NCBI GenBank assembly: GCA_035084275.1
Contig: CM068744.1
Coordinates: 13,640,001 to 13,704,000 of the forward strand
Reading direction: 5' to 3'
Length of the DNA: 64,000 bases
Source of the DNA: Hydrolagus colliei
Lineage: Eukaryota
Shown one piece after another: positions 1 to 13,400 of this stretch. Below the pieces are notes generated by a model. That model ran no database searches and was not told where the DNA came from. It saw only the letters and a program-made list of their open reading frames with translations. The translations under genes were made by a program, and so were the position numbers. Every line of letters starts with the position of its first letter. The first letter of the stretch is position 1.

Positions 1-1019
1 GTGGGTCAGATATTTTGTCGTGTTTACCTGCGTTTTTCCATGTATGGAGGAATCTGCTATTCTCATACGGTGGAGTGTGGTGCAGAGCCAATACGCTGAC
101 TATGGGAATCGTAAACTGCAAGAATGACATGCCCCTAAACAGGATAAACATCTTACCCTTGGTTAAGCCCTTGAATCCATTTAATCAAAGAGTTGTTCGC
201 TTCTGCTCTCTGGGGAGATTTTCCCCTTGTCTGGGAACTAGTTCCGAACCTTTCTCCATGGCATTCCTGCATGTTCACTGCCTCGGGTGACTTCGATATG
301 CAATAACCATAAAGGAATAGTTTGCCCTGAATCCCAGGCATGCAAACATATTTTTTAAAAAGCCTGCCTTCTGAGGATTTTGTCTCTGTATGTCTCTGAA
401 CAGTACTTTACAGGAAACCAAACATAGAATAGACTTGTTTGATATGCGAGGCAAGGATATAATTAAATCCAAAAGGGTTCTAAGATACATTTTTGAAAGA
501 TCTCACTGTGATGGTATCTTTAAAAATGACACAAGTAATTAAAAATAACGGATGTTTGATAGGGACTCAGACCAAATTCCAAAACCAAGTGACAGATATT
601 TCTTCATTAACTCTTTCTCCAGGAGCTAAGTCAAACCCAAGTCTCCAAATATCAGGGCACGAGAAAATAACAGGCCAAAGACCAGATGCTTCCTGCATCA
701 CATATCATGGTCCTGGCTCTGAGATTGGGATACATGGCTGTCCTCTCAGCCGATGGTCCATTACCATCCTGTACACTGTCTCACAGCCTCAGCAGGGTTA
801 AGGATTTTAATGTCCCATTAGTTTAGCTCATATAAAGCATAATAACATTTGCAACTGATGGTATGCTTATATCACTGAAATGTCTCAAAGCATTTACAGC
901 TAATTACTGTAAAGTGTAGTGACTGTTTTGTAAACAAGTAGTATCTCCTTCCACCTCCTTGGTGGGGAATTCCCACTCTCAACAAATTCCTGTAACAGAT
1001 TATCTTGTTGTGTTCCACC

Positions 1020-1318
1020 TTACTCTATTCCCCCAACAGCCTTCTACTTGTCCCTCGCACCCTCCTCTCCACCATAGGCAGTTGCACTTCTAGCCACTAA
1101 GCCCTGAAACTTTGGGACACTGTCCCTCAATCCCTCCTCCTTGCCCCCTCTCTCCCCTTTTTCAAGTCCCGCATTAAAATCTTCCTACTTGACTGCGCTT
1201 ACAGACACCTCTGCCCCCCCCCCCCCCCCCCCCCAGCTCATAGTCGGGCATTGTTACGTGCTCTGAGACACTGCCCTGTGTGGAAGGTGCTACATAGGTC
1301 CATGTTGTTGTTGTTCTC
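1020..1318 (+). mobile_element. L2 LINE 3' fragment
   Basis: Pyrimidine-rich ORF2 C-terminal remnant, AAGGTGCTACAT tail motif and (GTT)n end. Confidence 0.7.
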
Positions 1319-2077
1319 AGCTCACTCTGCTGGGGTCTCTGCATCAAAACCAAAATGCTCTCTGCAAATAGGAAGTCAGTGGCGTACAGCATTGTCCCAT
1401 AAACAACCAAGAGGTGAACAACCACATAATCGGAAACATGATTTGCCGGTACTGGGAGAAACTTCCTTGTTTCAAATAACAGCACAGGATCTACATTTTT
1501 CACCTGATGTTAAAGGCAGACGTTATAGGCAGCAGCACTCGCATCAGCTCAGACACGTACTGAAACTGTTCCCCAGTTGTCATCTTGACAGACCAGACTC
1601 CACTCCAAATAAGCCAACACTTAACAACGTCCACACACACAATTCCCCCTGGACCTTCCTGTCAACACATGCCTGATTCCCACAGAGACTCAATTCCCAG
1701 AGACAATGGTTTATTTTAAAAGAAACTTTCAACTAACGTACTGCACTGCTTTCAAAGGATAAATAACCGGCCAAAGAGATTCTGAGAACCACTTTGGAGT
1801 CCAAAATGCAGTATTTGTAATAGGAGTAGCAAATAGTGACTGCAGTAGTTCCCTTCAAAATAGATTTTCTTGGAGTGGAGTTCCTGTGGGTTGACCTCTG
1901 CTGCTGGTAAAAATAGCTATTTGTGACTTCTGTTACAAATATTACATTTTTGTATAAATAAAGGCTTCTGGTCTGTATACTAATAGCCACAATTGGAAGA
2001 GAATTCAGCAATGAGTCATGTCGGTATGGATCATTATTGATGTGAGTGAGGGCAGTGTTAACTTGAGTTCTACACGT

Positions 2078-3218
2078 GCTGCCCACAGCATGGAAACAGT
2101 CCCGGTCAAAGTCTCTAATGACATTCTGAACATCTGCGACCAGAGCTCTCTCTGCATCCTTATTCCTCTCGACCTCTCTGCTGCCTTCAACACTGTTGAC
2201 CACTCCATCCGCCTACACCGCCTCTCCTCTCAGCTTAATCTTGATGGACCTGTCCTTGCCTGGTTCGAATCTCACCTCTCCCACATTCTCCACTTTGCCG
2301 CCACTAACAGCTTCTCCTCCCGCCTCCGTACTGTCACGTGTGGCGTCCCCCAGGATGCTGTCTTTGGCCCTCTTCTTGTCAATGTCTATACATTCACACT
2401 TGGTGACATCATTCGCAGGCATGAGTTCAACGTCCATATGTATGCGAGCCCCTCCTGATTGACTTGTGCCAGTGCCTCCGCACCTCAGGCACTGGCAGCA
2501 TGAACCTCAATGGATGCACTCACCACCTCACCAAGCCAGTCAGGAACCTAGGTCATTCTTGTTCAATCCTCAACTGTCTTTTCTCCCCGACATCCCTGCC
2601 ATAACCCACTGCCTTCCCTCACCTCCGCAATATTGCCCGACTCTGCCACTACTTCAGGCAGCTAAAATTCTCATCCATGAATGCATTACATCCAGGCTTG
2701 ACTGTGCCGATACCCTGCTTGTCAACCTCCCCAATTCCTCGCTCCATAGGCTGCAGATCATGCAGAACTCTGTAGCCCATGTCCTCTCCCACATTAGGCT
2801 CTACAAACCTATCACCCCGATTCTAGGGTGGTAGGGTGTGGCCTTGCCACACCCTACCACTATGATCTTCTAGCCCCCTAACAAGCTGTCTGCTCCCTCC
2901 ACTCAGCAGGCTCTGGCCTGCTCCACGTCCCGTAACCCACCCGCCCCACCATTGGCGGACGAGTCTTCAGCCACCCTGCCGCAACCTGTGAAATTCTATC
3001 CCACAATGCCTCCACCTCGCCCCCTCCCTAGACTCCTTAACGTCCCATTTCAAGATCCTCTTCTTCATCCGTGCTTACGCTTCCCCTCCTTTCTTCCATC
3101 GTCCCCGATCCCAATCCCAGCTCGGGTCCGAAACACTGACTGTCCAGCGCCTTGGGATGTCCTCCCGGCGTGAAAGGTGCTATACAAAAGTATTTTTTGT
3201 TGTTGTTATTGTTGTTGT
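2078..3218 (+). mobile_element. Decayed L2 LINE (RT domain to 3' end)
   Basis: Translates to L2 RT motifs: HSMET..KV.ND, LDLSAAFNTVDH, GVPQ.AVFGPLL, HMYA, TSRLD. Frameshifts and deletions present. Ends in the stem-loop tail plus (TTG)n. Confidence 0.92.
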
Positions 3219-3533
3219 GAATTACAGACCATCCTTTTCATTTCAGCAACAAAGTACAAGTTTAAAATTTCTTCCAGGTTTGTCAGGGATACAGGTTTCG
3301 GGTTTGTAGGTGACATATATTCTGTGTTTGCAAACTGTTTGTGACACAAAATACCTGAAAAACAGTGAAAATCAAATCTGAATACAACAGGGATATGCTG
3401 CCTCCTGGCTGGCAGGCTTTTCAAGCTGGTTTGTCAGCCATCATTGTAACATCAAAGGGGGTAAATGACCAGATTTTAGTGCAGCACCTTTTTAGCTGAA
3501 CAGTACTTAGCATAATTTACATGAAATCTGGCG

Positions 3534-3921
3534 TAGTGTCTGGCGATATGGAATTTTTCCGATATTGATATATCAGTGGGCTCATATCGATATATACCGA
3601 TATATCGATATCACCAGGTTTTTTTGTCTTGTGTATGAGTGTGCATTTCGATGTGCGCGCACATTCCGATATGGGTGCTCTACGCCCAGGAGGATTGCAA
3701 TGCCGGCGACAAGGTATGTTGAAAAAGTTTGTATTATACCGATATAATTGATATATTGATATATCGCCAGACACTATATACCGATGTTTTGTGATATACC
3801 GATTTTTTTTTTATACCGAATTTTTCGATATACCCCGGTATATTCAAATTTCCAATATCGGCATATTGATATGAAAAATGATACCGATATAACCGATATA
3901 TTGATATATCGCCGGACACTA
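3534..3921. mobile_element. Non-autonomous hAT (Ac-like) MITE
   Basis: 16-bp TIRs TAGTGTCTGGCGATAT (3534-3549) and ATATCGCCGGACACTA (3906-3921). Flanking 8-mers ATCTGGCG/CTCTGGTG match 6/8 (degenerate TSD). Many subterminal CGATAT motifs. Confidence 0.85.
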
Positions 3922-4354
3922 CTCTGGTGCTACTTAGGATGACTTTCAAATGTTACGGTTGAAGTATTGAAAAAGCGCCAGCTTGCAATGGGATTTATTA
4001 ATATAGACAGAAAGAATGGATTCCTGGGAAACCTGCAATCAATCTCCAGCACTTCCAACTTGGGACGCCAAGTGAAGACCATGAGGTATTGCTGTTGCTA
4101 GCACCATATCTTGTGTTCGCCTCCATTATCAGGGGAAAAGTTGAGATTTTTATTCTGTGCAGTTCATGTTCTGGGAGTGCTCAATATAACAAAACACATC
4201 CTGTATGCGTAATAAAAATATTTCTATTAAAAAGTAAACAGATACACCATTTAACAATACTGTCCTCCTCTTGTAAAAACAAAACTATAAAGTGTATTAC
4301 ATCTACAGTATTGCCAAATTAAGGCATGAGTTATAGAAAACCCAAACAGAAAAA

Positions 4355-5188
4355 CCCACAACAACAACAAAATTACATTACTAGAGCGCCTTTCATGTTG
4401 GGAGGATGTCCCAATGCGCTGAATAGCCAGGTCGGGATCTGAGCAAGGGGGAGGAGCAGGGTAGAGGGCAGGGTAGAGGGCAGGGAGAGATTTGGGAGGG
4501 GAGGGAGAGGGATGGGAGGGCAACAGAAGGCACAATCGAAGAGGAACATCTTGAGAACAACCTTGAAGGAGACAAAGGAGGAAGCGAGAAGAAGGGACTG
4601 TGGGATGGAGTTCTAGAGTGTGAGGCAGAGGGTGAAAGCCCATCCACCGATGTTAGGGCGGGTCGGGCGGGGGACATGGAGCAGATCGCAGTCCGTTGAA
4701 CGAAGGAGGCAGGTAGGTGCATAAGGAGTCAGCAGGTCAGAGAGATAGGAGAGGGCAAGGCCGTGAATGGCCATGAAAGTGAGGACAAGGATCTTGAATG
4801 CAATCCTCTGGGGGATGAGGAGCTAATGGAGCTGGGCGAGGGTGGGAGTGATGTGTTCGCGGAGCTTGGTACGGGAGGGGACATGAGCTGCAGAGTTCTG
4901 GATGATCTGCAGCTTGTGAAGGGAAGAGCTGGGAAGGCCGATGAGCAGGGAGTTTCCATAGTCGAGCCTTGATGTGACGAATACATGGACAAGGGTTTTT
5001 GGCAGCCTAAAAGGTGAGGCAGTGGCAGAGTATGGCAATGTTATGGAGGTGGTGGAAGGCAGTATTGATCATGGTGAGGATGTGGGCTAGGAAGGACAGT
5101 TAGGGTCAAACAAGTCACCCAGGTTCCTAACTGGCTTTGAGAGATGGAGATGCGTGCAGCCTTGTATGCTGATGCTGCCAGCGCCTAA
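4355..5188 (-). mobile_element. L2 LINE 3' fragment
   Basis: Minus-strand LVHVFVTSRLDYGNSLLIGLP..LQIIQNSAA..HITPTL.QLH. Tail at 4355-4420. Confidence 0.92.
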
Positions 5189-5354
5189 ATCTCTCTGTTC
5201 ATCTATCCCTTCTGAAGCTTCTCCATTAAGAACATGCTCCAAACGATTATTCTTCCGGCCCAAGTGTATTTCCTCAAACTTTCAAGATTATTACAAAATG
5301 GTAATAAAATGAAGTTAGATGATTTTTATACACATTTTTATACACACATTGTTA

Positions 5355-5570
5355 CAATGTAGAATGCTTTACCACAAATGACTGTTGAAGTTGATTCCAC
5401 AAGAAAATTCAAAAGGGAATCGGATAAATATTTGGAGAACAATAATATTGAAGGTATAGGAGAAAAAGCAAGGAAATGGGATTAGAGCAGATAGTACTAG
5501 TGGACAAATAAGCACCAGCACAAGCAAAATAGGCTAATTGCCTCCTTCTGTGCTGTAATCTGTAAATGTT
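5355..5570 (+). mobile_element. Old CR1-type LINE 3' fragment
   Basis: Remnant of WNALP..VVE..S...FK.ELD.YL followed by a (AAT)TGCCTCCTTCTGTGCTG-type tail. Confidence 0.6.
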
Positions 5571-8500
5571 ACAAGAAGAACGGCAAGTCATATTTTGCTG
5601 AGCTCCAAAATCTAAGCGAACATATCACTTGCCGTTCTTCCATATTTAGCCTCAACACTGCAAAGACCTACATCGCCACATTTTCAGTCTGGGTGTTCTG
5701 TCTCATTAAAACTGTAAATTGGATATTTCCACATCAAGAAGAGGCTTAATAATAACTTGCATATCTTAGACTGTACACACACCTTAGAGTGATTTGAAGT
5801 GCTTGCTTTGAACTGATTTAATTATAGACATAATTACAGTAACATTTCCGGTTCACAGTGATTCTCATCCCCTCCACTCTGGAGAATAATCAGATCACTC
5901 TTCCTGGAATGGTCACAGTCGGACGGGTTTCTGAAGAGGAAGTCTCGGGAGATTGTGGTGTAAACAAACACATCAAATGCATTACGAACAGGAATGGTTT
6001 TGGAAAGCCACCCGTTCAAGTTGCTTACAGACAGTGAAACCCTGGGAACAAAGCCACTGCAGACTCCTATTCACGTTGACCCGTTGCTTCAATGCACGCT
6101 TATCACAAAGCTGTCATTCATTTGGCAGTCAAAGCTATCCAAGTTTCCCATGTTTCTTAGAAAATACAATGAATAAAGAGATAAAAGAATGCAGTACGTA
6201 TTGCTTGCTGCACTATTTAAATCACAGTCATACGTTTGTGTGAACAATGCATCTTTTACAGTTACAGTAACACTACTGTACAGCGTGTTTCATTAGCTTT
6301 CAGCACTGATAGTTCACTTGGCCTTATTTGTGTAAGTTTTACTGATATGGTTAAATATATTTAAAGTTAAGAAGGAATCAATAGATAAAAGTGCTGACCA
6401 TTATGAAATTGAACTCACCCAGCCCGGAAGATAGCAGGTTTGATCTGTTACCTGATATAATAAATAATAATCTATGTATTGGATATAACTTCTATATATT
6501 GTTGAAGCTTTTCAAAGTGCTCCAAAGGCAATTTCTGTGAAGTGTTGGGACTGAGTATTTTTAGGTAAATGTGCCAACAAATTTGCACCCAGAATTAGTC
6601 ATTTCACAATTAATCACAAAATGAATGACCAATTTTTCTGAAGGATCTTTAGCCAGGCTGCTGAGAGAAACTCCTTCTCTTTTTGAACAATTCCTTGGGA
6701 TCTTTAATATCCATCAGAACAAGCAGATGGTTTTATCCAGGGCTGCAGAAAGGCATTCCATTAAGCCTCAACAATGTGCGCTCCTCCCCCATCATCATCA
6801 CTTCCCTCCTCCATCCCACCACTCCCCCACCACCCATGCTTGAAAACTTTGAAGACTTGGCCAATTTTGAAGAATGATCACTTTACAAGACAATAAAGGG
6901 CACAAATGTATCCCAGTACTCGTCAGAACCTTTAGCGGGGGGGGAAAAAGATACGAATGAATGGGAATGAAGTAACTTGATGGGTTTGAGACAATGAGAA
7001 ACTGCAGTCTCAATCTTACTCTCGTTTTGTCAGAAAGTGACGTTTGTCAGTCTTGACAATTAGCGAGGCTACTTGAGAAGGGAAGGAAAATTGATGGAAG
7101 GGGGGAACTTACATTACAGCTCACCTCTTTTACAACAACAAAAGTGTGGATATGAGATACTAAGAGAAACGAAAGAGAACTTATTCCCCCAAATCTCCAA
7201 AATGAATGAACACGAAGTGAACAGTTGCTGCTCGGTTAGATTCATGTGGTATTAACTGTACTTTTCTGCATAAAATTAATCTGATTTAATTCTCCACCTT
7301 CATTGAGTTTGCTGATCTCAACCAGGGTAATGGTTGAGGCTGTATTTGGTCTCAGCCTCCCAAGCTTAATGAGAGAAAATCAACTGGAGCTGCCACTTCT
7401 GATCACTATCCATTAGACAAAAAAAATGTTGTCACTTAATCCACGATAGTTTGAGGGACATTGCTGTGCGCAATTGGGTTCTGATTTCACCCACAAAATG
7501 TACTATCAATCTATTTTACTGTATATTCTGTGAAGCGCTTTGAGACATAGCGAAGATGCGATGAGGCACTATATCACATGCAAGGATTATTATTATTTTC
7601 CTTTCCTGGGACAAGAAGAACTTTGATATTATGCCATTGATCTTTATCCTCTTTGGCTTTTGGGGCTGAAAGTATCTGTATTGTTTACGCTGAATTCATG
7701 CTGTGCTGCCGTATCTCCAACAGATGTTTCATTTCATTGCACAGAGAAGAGTAACTTTTGTATGAAGAAGCGGAAGATACAATGCTGCATCTATATTGTG
7801 ACATGAAGCTGCCGCATTGCTTTTACATAGGTCCACTATGGTGCAATATCAGATGCCCAGACAATGGTGTTGAGCACTTTTGATGTGTTAAAAAATTTAA
7901 TTTGTATTGTATGATAATATTGTTTTACTCTTGCACAATCAGAACAAAGCTATGATATGAATCAAGGGCTTTGACATACATTTTATCTAGAGCAAAAAAT
8001 CTCCATGAAACTAAGTTAGAAATAAGGGGGGACTAATTTACAGTACAGTATTTCTTAATGGGATGTCTTAATCAGGAATCTGAGTCACACAAGTGGGACC
8101 TTCCTTTCTTGTAAAAAGATGTTACACTGACTCGCAGGAACTCTGCTACAATGCAATTGAGTGCAGTACCTTATTTTTTGTTTGTGATACCCTACTGCTG
8201 TGTTTACATACATAACCACAAACAATCACTGTACTAGATAGCAATTGCCTGTGAAGTGCTTTCAGATCTTTCAATCTGATAAGGTGCTCTAAATAGCAAG
8301 TTTTCTTTCAAATTGCCAGTAAACATCAATGTTTGGGAACCACTCCAGTGTGTGTTACATTGTGCTTTCTGTGGGTCAGCTCGATGTTCTTATGGCCAGT
8401 GAGAGTTTTCTTTATTTGTGATTCTGAGTCTATATTAATAACTCTTTTAAAAATTACTGCAAATTGTGCAGGGCAATGCCTCAGTTTCAATGCTCTGCAT

Positions 8501-8599
8501 CATGTACACTAATTGGAGTCTGCTTTGCAGAATAAATTAAGAAATCACGAAATATTGAATGTGAATTACCTAGAGGATATGAGGGAGATAGCCCTACAC

Positions 8600-9115
8600 T
8601 TTTCAACAGCTTCCCCAATACCAATTTCAGAAAACACCCCAAGCTCCGTGACCCCATCACCCTCATCCTTACCCGGCTCCACCAGCTTCCCATCCCCCAG
8701 AGGATAGAGTTAAAAATCCTCATTCTTGTCTTCGAGGGCCTCTACGGCCTTTCTCCTTTCTACTTCTGTGATCTGCTAACCCCATATCAAAAACTGTCTG
8801 CTCTCTCCGCTCATCAGGCTCCTGCCTGCTTCACCATTGGCGATCGGGCCTTCAGCCTCTCTGTCCCCACCCGTTGGAACTGCGTCCCACAGACTCATTG
8901 TCTTGCCCCCTCCCTTTCCTCCTTCCATGCTCATCTCAAAACCCTCTTTGACTCTTTGCCTTTGAACACCCTACAACTCCTTCCCTCCCTGCTCTCCCCC
9001 ACACCACCACCCCCTAATTCTAGCTCCCTGGTTTGGTCCAAATCCCACACAGTCCAGTATTTTGGGATGTCCTCCTGATGTGTAAGGTGCCATACAAATG
9101 TAATTTGTTGCTGTT
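8600..9115 (+). mobile_element. L2 LINE 3' fragment
   Basis: ITLILTRLHQLPIPQRIELKILIL.F.GL.GL remnant. Tail GGGATGTCCTCCTGATGTGTAAGGTGCCATAC. Confidence 0.85.
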
Positions 9116-10129
9116 GGTACGTGCCAGTCTACCAATTGAACGTATTGAAAAGAACAGCAGAAAAACATTTAAACATGTTTAAAGTAGCACTTGGATACAG
9201 TGTTAAAAGACTTGCAGGGAAACTATGGAAAAAAACACACGCTTTATAATGTAGTTTTCTCATGGCTGTGGGGTCCCCTGAGTATTTCAGATCTGATATA
9301 TGCAAATGCATAAATAATAAGGAGCTACTTAATCATGCTAGGAAACTGGGCTGGGTTGGGCAGGTCAATGGGTCAAAACCCACAATTTCCCTGTTTCCCT
9401 CTGTTTCTGGTACAGTGTAGGTAGGCGCTCACTAATACAGTTTGATCACAGATTCAGCTGCAATTTGGTTTGTTGTTTTGTCTTTCTAATCCTTCACAGC
9501 TTTTGGAAAACTACTAAGCGAGCTCAAACAGTAGCTGAAAATTCTCCATTGGGACTCATGTTACAGCCTCTTGTGAGGATTGTCTCACTCAGAACTAACT
9601 GCCTGCAATTATAGTATTCCTTACATTTATATAGCACTTTTCACATCTTTTCACGTCCCAAAGCACTTCATAGAATTCCACTGCAAAGTGTAGTGACTGT
9701 ATTTTGTCGGCGAATGCGGCAACCAATTTGATTTTCAATAATAACTTGTTAATAATAAAAGTATTAGGGGAATATGGGGAAAGAGGCTGAAAGTGGGATT
9801 ATTTAAAAAGGAGCGATTGAGAAAAACAGATAAGATTGGAGGCCAAATTGCCTCCTTCTGTGTTTCTGTGTTAGTTGAGTTTGTTCATAAGCTAAATGCA
9901 TTACATGCAAAGTGACAGCGAGCGATACAACCAGGAAAGTTCCCAATTTGATTCCTGGTCTCTATTGATCTAGCAGTTGGCTTTGCAATTATCCTCATTC
10001 TCCCGAGCTAGGCAACAGGAAAATTGGCAGGTATTCTCACTCCTGATTGCCAGTCAGTGACCCTTGCTGGAATGAGCAAATGAACATGGGATATGGTCAA
10101 GATCAGAATAGTCTGGCTATGATGCCTAT

Positions 10130-10490
10130 TCCCCTTCTGTTCTCCCTCTCATTCCCCTCCCTTCCCCCACTCCCATCCCCCCACTCCACACACACACAGC
10201 TAACTGCCAATACTCAAGTCATGAGGCAGGCAGGCTCTCATCCACAATCCATCCAGTATTTATCGCAAACTCACTTTGCAGTTAATACAGTACAATCAAT
10301 GGAGTTTTCAAAATGATTCTTCTGGGAATTTAGTGGCTACTATGCAAGCCATAAGTCACTGTTCTGTCCAGCAGTATTCAGGTGCTCTGCTGTGTGCTGC
10401 TTCCGTCCTGAAACGACTGTGCAGTGCCTTAGGAGTCCTTCCGACCTGAAAGGCGCTCTATAAATGTAATTTTATTGTCATCGTTGTTGC
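10130..10490 (+). mobile_element. L2 3'-end remnants
   Basis: Tail GTGCCTTAGGAGTCCTTCCGACCTGAAAGGCGCTCTATAAATGTAATTTT at about 10425-10475. Confidence 0.55.
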
Positions 10491-13400
10491 TTCTTTCCCT
10501 GCTGAGATGTTATTTTACTATACTGTATTTCAAAAGAATTTCAAGATCAACAAATTCCAGATAAATTGGTCCGGAGGTGTGGGAAAACTTCCTGTGACCT
10601 CCTCCTTCACGGATCAGCTGACTCTTTTCCCTTTTAAATTCCATTTGCAGTTTCTCTTGACACAAAGCCAATGCACTGAGAGAGTTCAGCACAAGGAGGC
10701 CTGGAACGTGACTTGCACATCTTGCCACCAGGCCTGCAGCAGCAAAGGTTTTCAGTTTAAACCTTTGAGGAATGTTCTGATTTATTGAATGGCGAGCAGT
10801 GAAATGATACTATGGGCAAGCTACGTACAGTTACACCTGGCAAAACACTGAGGAGTACAGTAAAGCGATCAACCTCTTCCTTTCAAGTCAGTGTTTCATT
10901 AACGTAAGAGGGCTTTTCAACAACTGGTTTGGAAGGTTTGAGTCAACATGCTCTGTTAAGCAATGAACAATATGCCAGAAGAAATCATTGCTGTGAAATG
11001 AAGGGCATGGAAGCATAACAACCCGATTATCGACTTCCTTTTTTTAAAAAAAGAATTATTGTTTTAATGCCACTATTGTGATGGTCCAAGTGTACCACAG
11101 GAATGTGTCAGCAATTATGGCAATCAGTACAACACACATTTTTCACATTAACTTATCAAAAATCTACTAAACACTAAAAGCTGCAGCATCCCTCATGGCA
11201 CAGGGTTAGTTGCATAGATGAACAGGAAAGCTTAGGAAGCTGGCTTCAAAACTGATCAAGAGAGGAAAATCACATACGGGGAACAAGAAAGATTGTGAGC
11301 AGCTTACAGGTGACTTTCCGACGATGAAAGAGAATTGTAAAGTGCTCAACGGCAAAGCAGTGTTTGATACCAGTAAAGTAAGGTTTATAACAACTTTTTT
11401 ATTACCCAGTGCCTGAGAAAGCTTAAATTGGCTCAGTTTATGTGAAGTACCAGAAAACCCTCGTAACTAGTCTGCCATTTAGTTTTTGCTGGACTGGTGC
11501 CTGGATCATGGAATTCATTCTTGCCAGCATGATTATTGTTTTAATGAGGTGAAACTTTCCAGTACTGGCCAATCCACCTAGATTTGATATTACTTCACAA
11601 ACTGAAGGGTTGGGGGGTGGTAATGTGAGATTGTGGTGTTAGTAACAAGAAGTACAACAACAACTTGCATTTATATAGTGCCCTTCAAGCAACGCAGCAT
11701 TGCGGACAGCAACTCCTGCCCACTTCCTGAAATGTGTAATGGCAGAATACCGCTTCTAATAAATCTACTTCCATATCCTTTTCAATGGCGTGATTTGCTT
11801 CTGGTCATTGGCTGGTCGCTATATCAAATTCCTGTTACGAAAACCACAATTTCCTATCTGAGAATAGTTGCTATTCCCACCTACTGTGACAAATCGACCC
11901 TGTTGAGATTAGTCACCATAAAACAGACGTTCCTATGTAGCTGAAGCCACCGAATACTGAGGAAGCACATCCATCTAAACAGAAAGCTGCAATCAGGAGC
12001 CCACTGTTAGACCAGAGAAGGTCTCTTTGTTACATGCTGTGATCTAAGATGATCTTAACACCTGTGAATTACAGCTTGGATATGTTCTTCATGGGTATTA
12101 TTATTGTATAAAGAACAAAGTCCGGACGATGCGATCCTACAAAGTCTATGTATACATAAACTCATCTGGTAACATCATTTGGAGCTTCAGGGTTAAATGT
12201 CTAATTGCCATCTAGTTTGGAGCTTAGTTAGGCAGGAATTCTGGCTTCCTACGTACACCAGACATCATAAAATGCAGAAATAGACAACATTAGGCAAAGG
12301 TACTTAACAATTTATTGGATACAATACCAACATGTAAATTATTCTACATAGGAACATATTATAACAATCCTTGCATTCAATATAATGCCTAATAATTATT
12401 AATGATATTGTAGAGATGTTCAAAGTACTTCATATGAAGTACTGTAAATTATAGTTGCTGTGTATTTTGTGGGTAATCACCAGGTCCAATTTGCACAGCA
12501 GTATCCCACAAGAACCATGAATTGACTGATCAATTTTATTTGAAGAACTGTTTGCCAGGAAAATGGGGCAAAACTCCTTTTCAAATTCCTTTCAAATTTT
12601 GGATCTGTAATGCCCACCAGAACAGGCAGACAAAACTTTATACTGTCTCATCTGAAGGATGGCACCTCCAACAATGTAGTACATCACCAGAGCTGTGTTG
12701 GAATGTCAAATTAAACTGTGAGTTCAAAGTCCGAATTTGAGGCTAAAGGCCACAACATTCTGACTCAAAGGCGAATGCTACTGATTGAGTTAATGCCTAT
12801 TTGTAAATAATTCACTAGATACACTTTGACTATATTATATAGCTGTATATACATGGCCGTGTTGTACCAATGAATTCATCTCCAATTACTTCAGTTCAAA
12901 TGTTACAATTACCTACCTAGGTAGGCAGAATTACTCTACATTAACCTGAAAAATCTGTTTGTTTTAAAATCGGAGATCATGCACATTTCTTTCGGAAAGA
13001 ATATGATAGGACGGAATATAATTAACTAATGCCAGAAGGAATTGGGTACTAACCATTCCCTACATTGTTCAGTAATCTTTACCATTTCTCTGGGCCACCA
13101 TAAGCATATGGGGTTTATCATCTCTGTAACACAGAATTGGTGTCAGTTTGGTCTGTAATTTAAAATATGCTGCCCTGTTACAGCTCATTATAAACTTTGA
13201 AACTTTTCAGTGCCTTGGGATGTCCTCCTGATATGAAAGACGCCATACAAGTGTAATTTTGTTATTGTTTGAGACAACTAAAAAAAAATACAAAAATCAA
13301 AACTTTGCCATCTTCCATTTGCTGCTGAATTGATGTTAAATTCGTACTGATTTGAAACTCTAGCTTTCTTGTATTTTTTAACCACAAATAGCTAATTCTA

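Noticed and set aside
153-400. Possible minus-strand exon ending at a good donor (AGG|GTAAGA at 156)
   Set aside because: Translation resembles no protein I recognise, the acceptor is weak and no partner exons were found. A lncRNA exon cannot be excluded without RNA data.
3517-3949. Ile/Tyr-rich ORFs
   Set aside because: Translations of the MITE's GATAT-rich subterminal repeats.
5834-6243. Overlapping short ORFs in a repeat-free, slightly CpG-richer stretch
   Set aside because: No recognisable domain or convincing splice-site pair. More likely non-coding.
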